DNA of 64,000 nucleotides from a virus, in the IMG/VR virus record IMGVR_UViG_3300020048_000026, positions 64,001 to 128,000 of that record. One strand, 5' to 3'. A program made the position numbers and the translations under genes. The notes under the pieces were generated by a model, which saw only the letters and a program-made list of their open reading frames with translations, had not been told where the DNA came from and ran no database searches. Below are positions 56,847-64,000 of the stretch, piece by piece; the first letter of the stretch is position 1; every line of letters starts with the position of its first letter.

Positions 56847-58067
56847 TTACGAATTTATTAGTTTTTTAAACAATTCTACTCTTTTTTCATTTGCGATAGA
56901 GACTTCATAAGTATTTTTAACATATTCAAACATATTTTCACCATGTTCTTTAACTTTCTCTGGATTATCAATATAAAATTTCATTGCTTCATACCATTTC
57001 ATAGATGAATCTTTATCTTCATCAATTAAGAATCCTTTTTGTTTTCCATCTAATTTACCTTCAATATCATCTATTGTGTAAGGTCCATAATTGCTACATA
57101 TAATTGGACAATGGTGTGCTCCAGCTTCTACAACTTTTAGTTGACTTTTTACAAGATTAAAAGAGTTATTATTTTTAAGTGGAGTAAGAACAACGTCCGC
57201 TTCATTATACATTGTACCATAAAGTAGAATTGGTTTAGTCCATCTTCTTTGATAAAATTCACCTTTGAATTCTTCTTTATAGCCATAACTATCTCTACCA
57301 TTGTCAGTTGCTTGTTTTAACCAAGATGAGTATTCCCCATTTTTTACCCATTTCATATTATTGGTAAAAATTGATTCAAAAAATGTCCAAGTACTTCTAT
57401 TTGGATCATCTTTTTTCATACCCTGTGGTGTGTTCATCCTTAAATCATATCCACAAAGATACATTTGTGTTTTTTCAAGGTGTTGTCTATCTAGTTTTTC
57501 AAATGCTGGTTTTAATAATCTCAAATCTACTAAGTGAGTTATTCCACCACCCCATAGAAATCTAACTTTTTCCGTCGGTTTTTTATTAGATACCCATTGT
57601 TGTTCTTTTAGATTAACAGAATTTGGAATTACATGTACATTAGGATTGAACTCTTTAATTTTTTCTGCTAAAAATTTTGTTGTAGTTGTTATAGCATCTG
57701 CCTCCTTAATTTGATCTTCAACTACTTTTTGAGCATTCTGCTCTTTCCACATTTTGAAGTTTGGATGTGCATTTGATAGAACCCAATAATCATCAAGATC
57801 ATAAACAGTTTTTATATTATTTCTCAATAACATTTCTCTAAAATTTTGTTTGAAATCTAGATTGCTGAATGGTATTGATTTATTAAAGACTATTATTTTA
57901 TATTGCCTTAGAAAATTCTCATCATGTAATGGTAATGTGCTATCCATAAGTAATCTTAAGTCAACTTCAATATCGGGGTGATTGAAACAAGAGTATGGTG
58001 AAAGTATTCGCCAATATCCTACGCCATCCATGTCACTATTAAGTACTAAAACTTTAAATTTATCCAT
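56847..58067 (-). CDS. GT-B glycosyltransferase (GT4-like)
   Basis: GVGYWR, YDLDDYW, VIPNS, W.GG.TH..DL, PL..N.FN..KSQLK.VEAG. Confidence 0.85.
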   Translation of the reverse strand: MDKFKVLVLNSDMDGVGYWRILSPYSCFNHPDIEVDLRLLMDSTLPLHDENFLRQYKIIVFNKSIPFSNLDFKQNFREMLLRNNIKTVYDLDDYWVLSNAHPNFKMWKEQNAQKVVEDQIKEADAITTTTKFLAEKIKEFNPNVHVIPNSVNLKEQQWVSNKKPTEKVRFLWGGGITHLVDLRLLKPAFEKLDRQHLEKTQMYLCGYDLRMNTPQGMKKDDPNRSTWTFFESIFTNNMKWVKNGEYSSWLKQATDNGRDSYGYKEEFKGEFYQRRWTKPILLYGTMYNEADVVLTPLKNNNSFNLVKSQLKVVEAGAHHCPIICSNYGPYTIDDIEGKLDGKQKGFLIDEDKDSSMKWYEAMKFYIDNPEKVKEHGENMFEYVKNTYEVSIANEKRVELFKKLINS

Positions 58068-58146
58068 ATATTTACATATTTATTTTAATTGAATATATTA
58101 AATTATTTAGAAATAGTTTAAATTATGTAGTAGTTTTTTAATTTAT

Positions 58147-58168
58147 AAACTTTCCGTATCTTTGCATT
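58147..58168 (+). promoter_or_regulatory. Bacteroidota-type promoter, copy 1
   Basis: AAACTTTCCGTATCTTTGCATT. Confidence 0.7.
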
Positions 58169-58187
58169 CTAACTAAAAAATGAAATT

Positions 58188-58376
58188 ATGGATATCAAGA
58201 AAAAAGAAGGTGAAAGTACTGAAGATTACTTAAAGAGATTGTTTGATCACGCTGATAACTGTGTTGCAAATTTAGACAAAACATTTGCTGATATGAAGAA
58301 GGACGGTGTAACTGGGTTCTGTCCTGAATGTGGTTGTGATATTTACAAAAACAAAGTACATAAATGTAGTGAATAA
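58188..58376 (+). CDS. Small early zinc-finger protein
   Basis: CPECGC...HKC; downstream of the promoter. Confidence 0.6.
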   Translation: MDIKKKEGESTEDYLKRLFDHADNCVANLDKTFADMKKDGVTGFCPECGCDIYKNKVHKCSE

Positions 58377-58389
58377 TTTTTTACTTCAA

Positions 58390-58411
58390 AAACTTTCCGT
58401 ATCTTTGCATT
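58390..58411 (+). promoter_or_regulatory. Bacteroidota-type promoter, copy 2
   Basis: Identical 22-mer AAACTTTCCGTATCTTTGCATT. Confidence 0.7.
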
Positions 58412-58444
58412 ATCAAAAAATACTAACAATTAAAAACTAAAATT

Positions 58445-58621
58445 ATGTCAAAAACAAAAGATTATATTTCAGAAATGATGGATAAAGGTATTGATGTACT
58501 TACCGATTCCAATGATTATGATTACGAATATGCTTTATTTCTTGAAGCTGAATATCAAAAGAGTTTACAGGATATGAATCAAACCTTTGAATCTGAAACC
58601 GAAACACCAAAATCAGAGTAA
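58445..58621 (+). CDS. Small acidic early protein
   Basis: Not in the ORF track. MSKTKDYISEMMDKGIDVL...ESETETPKSE. Confidence 0.55.
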   Translation: MSKTKDYISEMMDKGIDVLTDSNDYDYEYALFLEAEYQKSLQDMNQTFESETETPKSE

Positions 58622-58624
58622 TTT

Positions 58625-59050
58625 ATGAAAAATAATATGACAGTTGATAATACAATAGTTGTTCATCTTAAAGCAGATGTTAGTACAGGTGAGGTGGATT
58701 TTGATATGTATAGTGATGTACTTGGTCAGGATAAGGTTGATGCCGCGTATGAGGAAGAGGGTGTTCAAAGTATTGATAAAGGTGGTTTTCTTGAAGGATA
58801 TCCACTTAAAATTGATGTTCTAAAAAAAATCATCGCTGATTTAGAGAAACAAGGTTGTAATTATGTTTCAATTGATTATAACTGTGATCATCCTGATTAT
58901 ACCTTCTATGGTGTTGATGTTCATGCTGCTACCGAAGAAGAAATTGATGAAGTAATAAATAAAGATAAAAATGAACGCCTTGTAAAAGCAGAAAAACTTC
59001 GGCAAGAAGCAGAAAAACTTATAAATGAAGCAAATAAATTAAGCAAATAA
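58625..59050 (+). CDS. Acidic hypothetical protein
   Basis: 141-aa ORF. Confidence 0.6.
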   Translation: MKNNMTVDNTIVVHLKADVSTGEVDFDMYSDVLGQDKVDAAYEEEGVQSIDKGGFLEGYPLKIDVLKKIIADLEKQGCNYVSIDYNCDHPDYTFYGVDVHAATEEEIDEVINKDKNERLVKAEKLRQEAEKLINEANKLSK

Positions 59051-59063
59051 ATTTGTAAAACTC

Positions 59064-59345
59064 ATGAAACTCGTAGTACAATATTTTTTTATGACATTGA
59101 TTATACTCCAGGGTATTCTCTTGTTTTTCTTTTTCACAAACTTAAATTTTTTGGGAGTATTATCCTGGATGGGAAGAGGAGAGAATTTAAGTATAATTAA
59201 ATTATTTTTTCCTTTACTTATTTTTGGTGTAATAAAAATTTGTTATTGGTTTGCTGATCCACTTTCCAAGTTATTTATTATAATCTTGAGGTGGGTTGTT
59301 ATTGCTGGAATTTTCTATTTTATTTACTGGTTATTTTTTGTGTAA
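59064..59345 (+). CDS. Membrane protein
   Basis: Three hydrophobic helices. Confidence 0.6.
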   Translation: MKLVVQYFFMTLIILQGILLFFFFTNLNFLGVLSWMGRGENLSIIKLFFPLLIFGVIKICYWFADPLSKLFIIILRWVVIAGIFYFIYWLFFV

Positions 59346-59893
59346 TGATAGATATTTATACGGATTGTGCAGGTTCAACTAATATTCAAGGAATATCAGT
59401 TTTTATCATGAATGGTGATAAAGAAAAAGTTTTTAGATTTAGAACTGATACCAAACAACTAAATAAAGAATTTAGTTGTTCAGAAAAACTCAATAAGACC
59501 ATTGTTGGAGAAGGTTATGCAATATATAAAGCATTATTGTATGTAAACCAAAAAAACATAAATGAAAAAGTAAGAATTTATACTGATAATCAAGGTATGT
59601 TTTTTTATTTAACTAAACTCTGTCCGATTAAGAGAAAATTAAAAGGTACAATAATTGATGTTTTAACAGAGAAATGTTTATCATTAATGACGGATAATAT
59701 TGAAATTTTGTGGATAAAGGCGCATGTTGGAGTTTATGGAAATGAAGTTGCAAATTTTGAGGCTACAATAGCAAGAAAAAGAAAAAATTGGAATGCTACT
59801 CCTGTTTTCACTATTAAGAAAAAAATAACAGAATCACAACCAATTCATTTTCAACTCAACAAATTTTTAGAATCAATAAAAAATATATCATGA
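59345..59893 (+). CDS. Ribonuclease HI-like protein
   Basis: Probable start MIDIYTD; GEGYAI..AL, IYTDNQ, WIKAH.GVYGNE.A. Confidence 0.85.
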   Translation: MIDIYTDCAGSTNIQGISVFIMNGDKEKVFRFRTDTKQLNKEFSCSEKLNKTIVGEGYAIYKALLYVNQKNINEKVRIYTDNQGMFFYLTKLCPIKRKLKGTIIDVLTEKCLSLMTDNIEILWIKAHVGVYGNEVANFEATIARKRKNWNATPVFTIKKKITESQPIHFQLNKFLESIKNIS

Positions 59894-60303
59894 AAATTGT
59901 CAAAAAAATATATTATTATTTTATATTTCATTTCGGGTATGCATTTATTCGTAATGATGATACTGATACTAATTTGGATATTTTACTTGTCTATTTAAAT
60001 GATGTTGGAATTAGAACAGTTTCAATGGATTATCATTGGTGTACAATCACTTTTAAAGATAATACAATTTTTAAATTTTGGAATGCAAATAGATGGTATG
60101 CGTGGATGTCTCAGGGTACTATTCATTTCAGTAATGGAAAAAAATTATCTTGGAGTACTGGTATGCCTTCAAATGAAGTCTTAGTTAAATATAGTAAGGT
60201 TATTAGATTTTTAGAGAAACGACAAAAGAGAGAAGAATTTGAGAAATACTTGCCAGTTAAGGTTTTAAGAAAACAAAAATTAAATAAGTTAAACTCGTTA
60301 TGA
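59890..60303 (+). CDS. Hypothetical protein with RKQKLNKL tag
   Basis: WNANRWYAWMSQG motif; coupled ORF. Confidence 0.6.
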   Translation: MKIVKKIYYYFIFHFGYAFIRNDDTDTNLDILLVYLNDVGIRTVSMDYHWCTITFKDNTIFKFWNANRWYAWMSQGTIHFSNGKKLSWSTGMPSNEVLVKYSKVIRFLEKRQKREEFEKYLPVKVLRKQKLNKLNSL

Positions 60304-60593
60304 TACAAGAAATTATATTAGGAATAAATTGGAACATTAAAAATCCAATTTCAGAGGTGATTGGAGATCAATTGATTGTTACAGGTAAAGATGAAAAAAC
60401 AAATTCTGATGTCACAATTACAATTGAAAAATATAAAAGTGTTATAGAATGGTTGGAAAGAGAAGCAAATCTTTATAAAAATCTTTTTGACAATGTTAAA
60501 GGACCAAAATCACATTTTAAAAATTCAATGGAAGTTTATTTAAGAAGACTTCAGATTTTAAGAAAATATTCAGAAAAAGTTAATTTATCTTAA
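60300..60593 (+). CDS. Hypothetical protein
   Basis: 97-aa coupled ORF. Confidence 0.55.
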   Translation: MIQEIILGINWNIKNPISEVIGDQLIVTGKDEKTNSDVTITIEKYKSVIEWLEREANLYKNLFDNVKGPKSHFKNSMEVYLRRLQILRKYSEKVNLS

Positions 60594-63500
60594 TTTTCTT
60601 TTTTAAGTCTTCTAATTCTGTTAGCCACATATCAATTGTTGTAATCTGAGTTATTTTTTCAATTTCTAATTTGATTTTATCATATGATAGTTTTAAGTCT
60701 TCTAGTTTATCCTTAGATAAACTTATGAGTGAAATATTAAGTAGATAGTCATAACTATCTTTATACATTTCAATATTTTTTGCCTCTATTTGCTTAATAA
60801 TACTTTCTTTTGTTTTATTTTCAAATACAATTTCTTTTTTCAATACACAGTTTATAAATTTCATTTTATTTACTGTGTATTTTTTTTGGTCTTCAAGTTT
60901 TTGAAGACTGTTTTTCTTTCTTAAATCATAATAATTAATTCTCAATTCAATAAATTTATCAATAATTTCATATTGGTCCTTATATGAATTTATTTTACCG
61001 TTTTCATCAAATAGATTCATATTATTCATATTTATATATGATTCAAGATTGAATTTTTTTATTATCATTTCGTCTGTTACATTTTGAAGGTTTTCTTCAG
61101 GTAACGATACAATAATATTAACGTCAGTATCAGTACAGTACTTATCATAATCTTTTATGTATTTTTCATCTATTAACTTATTTAAAAATTCATAGTACTT
61201 CTCATTCCAGATTAGTATTGGAAGTTCTAAGATGTTTAGGCGGTTTTTTGGTAGTCTTTTAAATATACCCCTTGATATGTATCTACCGTTATCAATATCG
61301 CTTATAATCTCACCTTTGAAGCCTTTAAACCAAGGTTCCAATACTATATTCTTCTTCGTCTTTTTAATTTTGTTTTCTATATAGTTTATAATATCTATGG
61401 GATTAAATTCTGGTACATAACTACTCCATCCAGTTCCAATACCATCGGAACCGTTAACTAAAACCATTGGTATTATTGGTACATAGTATTTTGGTTCTAC
61501 TGAATATCCATCATCTATTAAATATTCTAAAATTTCATCATCATCTTCTTTAAATATATCTCTTGTTAAAGATGCAAGTTTGGTGAAAATGTATCTACTT
61601 GCAGATGCATCTTTACCACCTTTACCTCTTGTTCCATATTCTCCTTTAGGATTCAATAAATTTATATTATTTGAGCCTGTAAAATCTTGTGCTAAACCAA
61701 TAATTGTACTTTCAAGTGATTGTGGACCATGATGATATGCTGATTGCTCTAAAACTGACCCCATAAGTAATTCAACTTTTACCTCATTTTTAAAATTTCT
61801 TTTGAATAAAGTATAAAGAATTTTTCTTTGTGAAGGTTTTAATCCATCCATAATTGATGGTATGGATCTGATATTATCAGCCATACTAAATTCAATAAAT
61901 TCATTATTGAAAAACAAATCATATGTTTGTTTAGTTTTAAATTTATCTAACTCAACACCAGGTTTATATCCTAATAACCATTCTTTCCTATTTTCAACTC
62001 TTTTTTTATTAAAAGCCAAATCAATCATATCTCTTTCCTTTTTAATATCAGAGGCATTAAATCTTATAAGATGTTTTGCAATATCTTTAAAAAACAATTT
62101 GGCTTCTTTTGGTTCAATAGTACCTAATCCTTTATAATATTTTATAAAATAACCTGATTCTGTATTTTCAGTTTTCCATTTTTTATAATCTGATAGCCTA
62201 TAAAAATATTTTACTTTTGTTCCTTTTTCAATTTTAACAATAGGAGTAATAAACTCATAGATGAAGTCCATTTCTAGTAGTTCGGGCCAGTAAGTATCAA
62301 AGATATTTAGTACAAGTCCTTTAATATGACTACCATCTGTGTCCATATCTGACATAATGACAATTTTACCATACCTTAGTGTTCTTGTTGATGTATATTT
62401 TTTACCAAACTCAAGTCCTAATGCTGATATAATATTTGAAATTTCTTCATTTTCTCTCATTTTTTGTAGAGTTATATCTCTAACATTCAGAGGTTTACCT
62501 TTAAGTGGAAATAAACCAAAGTAATCATTACCTGTTACAGAAAACCCTCTTTTTGCTGTTGATGCTGCTGAATCACCTTCGGTTAAGAACAAATGACATT
62601 TCATATTATCTGGTATTTTTCCAGCTTTGTTAGCATCATCTAATTTGGCAATTCTAACTTTAACTTTTTGACCGTTTTGTGTTGATTTTTTTGCCTCTTG
62701 AAATTCTTTTATTGTTGCAAAATTAACAATATCATTTTTAATTTCTGACGTGGATAGTTTTTTAATGAAATTTTCTGAAACTTCTATATCTTTAATTAAA
62801 TCCCCTACCATTCTTGTCGTCATATTTTCTTTTGTTTGTGTTTCAAAAGAAGGATTAGGTATTCTACAACTAAGAAATAAGAACAAGTGATTTTTTATCA
62901 TTGCTTGTTTAACATTAACGCCTTTGTTTAATTTTTCAATTTTTTCACCTAATAGTTTAACTATTTGATTTGATATATAATTTACGTGTGTACCACCAAC
63001 ATGTGTTGATATACCATTTACCATTGATATTTGTTGAAACATATCATTAGGTGATCTTGCGATTCCAATTTCCCAATTTTCATTTATTTTTTCGTAGAAT
63101 AATTCTTCTTCATCATTTATAAACATTCTCATGTAGTCTTTGAATGTTTTAATAGGAATAAGTATATTGTTATAATATACTTTAACACCTGGACTATAAG
63201 CAGCAATATCTATTGCTCTTTTAAGAAAAATTGATTGAATTTCATCTGTAATTTCAACTAAATCAAATTTTTTGAAATCTGGATAATATGTAATATTTGT
63301 TAAATTTTTTGAAGATTTTGTTATTGATGGTTTTGTTTTTTTATCCATATTATCAGTAAATGTCTGACAATATTTTTTTTTACCATCTGAGGTTTCAATA
63401 GTAAATTTAGTAGAAAATATGTTTGTCAATTTTACTCCAAGTCCATGTGTACCACCAACCATTCTTTGATCATTTTCATCAAAATTTTCTCCTGACATAA

Positions 63501-63870
63501 GATTACCAAATATAAGTTCAGGAACATACATTTTATGTTCTTTATGCATCTCAATTGGAATGCCTGGACCATCATTCTCTATTGATATATGATCTTTTTC
63601 TACATGAATTTTAATATATTTAACTAATCCAGTTCTTATATAGTGATCAGAAGCATTAGTTAATACTTCATCAAATAATTTGATAAATCCTGCATTATAT
63701 TCTACAGTTTTATAATTGAACTTGCTTCCTTTAATCTCGTTTATATCTTCAAATACAAACATTTTGGTTGGTTCTGTATATACATTTCCAATGTACATAC
63801 CTGGCTTCTTAAGTATATGTTCTTTATGTGTGAGTTTTTTATATCGTTCTTCAATAGTTTTTTTAGCCAT
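60580..63870 (-). CDS. Type IIA DNA topoisomerase, single chain (ATPase-TOPRIM and cleavage domains fused)
   Basis: EHIL..P.MYIG, DEVLTNA.D, NDG.GIP, EGDSA, PLKGK, DMDTDGSHI, YYKGLGT, DGLKPSQRK, YHHG, catalytic ASRY. Confidence 0.95.
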   Translation of the reverse strand: MAKKTIEERYKKLTHKEHILKKPGMYIGNVYTEPTKMFVFEDINEIKGSKFNYKTVEYNAGFIKLFDEVLTNASDHYIRTGLVKYIKIHVEKDHISIENDGPGIPIEMHKEHKMYVPELIFGNLMSGENFDENDQRMVGGTHGLGVKLTNIFSTKFTIETSDGKKKYCQTFTDNMDKKTKPSITKSSKNLTNITYYPDFKKFDLVEITDEIQSIFLKRAIDIAAYSPGVKVYYNNILIPIKTFKDYMRMFINDEEELFYEKINENWEIGIARSPNDMFQQISMVNGISTHVGGTHVNYISNQIVKLLGEKIEKLNKGVNVKQAMIKNHLFLFLSCRIPNPSFETQTKENMTTRMVGDLIKDIEVSENFIKKLSTSEIKNDIVNFATIKEFQEAKKSTQNGQKVKVRIAKLDDANKAGKIPDNMKCHLFLTEGDSAASTAKRGFSVTGNDYFGLFPLKGKPLNVRDITLQKMRENEEISNIISALGLEFGKKYTSTRTLRYGKIVIMSDMDTDGSHIKGLVLNIFDTYWPELLEMDFIYEFITPIVKIEKGTKVKYFYRLSDYKKWKTENTESGYFIKYYKGLGTIEPKEAKLFFKDIAKHLIRFNASDIKKERDMIDLAFNKKRVENRKEWLLGYKPGVELDKFKTKQTYDLFFNNEFIEFSMADNIRSIPSIMDGLKPSQRKILYTLFKRNFKNEVKVELLMGSVLEQSAYHHGPQSLESTIIGLAQDFTGSNNINLLNPKGEYGTRGKGGKDASASRYIFTKLASLTRDIFKEDDDEILEYLIDDGYSVEPKYYVPIIPMVLVNGSDGIGTGWSSYVPEFNPIDIINYIENKIKKTKKNIVLEPWFKGFKGEIISDIDNGRYISRGIFKRLPKNRLNILELPILIWNEKYYEFLNKLIDEKYIKDYDKYCTDTDVNIIVSLPEENLQNVTDEMIIKKFNLESYINMNNMNLFDENGKINSYKDQYEIIDKFIELRINYYDLRKKNSLQKLEDQKKYTVNKMKFINCVLKKEIVFENKTKESIIKQIEAKNIEMYKDSYDYLLNISLISLSKDKLEDLKLSYDKIKLEIEKITQITTIDMWLTELEDLKKKIKIN

Positions 63871-64000
63871 TCAATTCTATTTTTTTTAATTTTTCTTTTC
63901 TAATTTGTTTGTAATAATCTGTATCTTCTGCATAAATGTATTGTCTATGACCATATTCACCTAATGATGATAAGTAGATAACTAAAACATCTTTTTCATT
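63863..64000 (-). CDS. Partial hypothetical protein with RKEKLKKI tag
   Basis: Manual translation: ...DYYKQIRKEKLKKIELNG-stop. Confidence 0.55.
   Translation of the reverse strand, partial: NEKDVLVIYLSSLGEYGHRQYIYAEDTDYYKQIRKEKLKKIELNG

Noticed and set aside
4572-62524. Antisense or nested track ORFs such as 4572-5021, 36306-36653, 39174-39659 and 61862-62137
   Set aside because: They lie opposite well-supported genes and contain no recognisable motifs.
1-64000. Stop-codon reassignment as in some Bacteroidota megaphages
   Set aside because: Conserved genes are full length in the standard code, coding density is high, and there is no CTA or TCA suppressor tRNA here.

Overview
A very AT-rich 64-kb segment of a jumbo/mega-phage genome in the standard genetic code. 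It has a T4-like replication and virion core: a gp61-type primase, a gp46/SbcC-type ATPase, the C-terminal half of a split family-B DNA polymerase, a single-chain type IIA topoisomerase, thyA, RNase H, a neck-like protein, a tape-measure-like protein and a holin-like pair. Repeated TAnnTTTG promoter boxes and the lack of obvious Shine-Dalgarno sites point to a Bacteroidota host. The left end is a translation-control island on the minus strand: 13 tRNA genes (Lys, Trp, Ser, His and Phe only, several with non-canonical bodies), two tRNA-mimic RNAs, a truncated HisRS-like gene, smpB and a Mesh1/SAH-type HD hydrolase; infC lies nearby. Main finding: the tRNA operon is preceded by an unannotated 29-codon leader peptide (2205-2294, minus strand) whose 14 consecutive codons are exclusively Lys/His/Ser/Phe/Trp and which covers all nine anticodon classes encoded downstream, followed by an antiterminator/terminator switch. 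This looks like a ribosome-stalling attenuator that switches on phage replacement tRNAs when the matching host tRNAs are depleted. Second finding: two mutually exclusive C-terminal peptide tags are appended to many unrelated proteins. (K/R)YN(L/M)-stop occurs with an N-terminal capsid-targeting-like motif, and R-K-x-K-L-x-x-(L/I) occurs without it. All protein calls come from motifs recognised by eye; no database searches were run.
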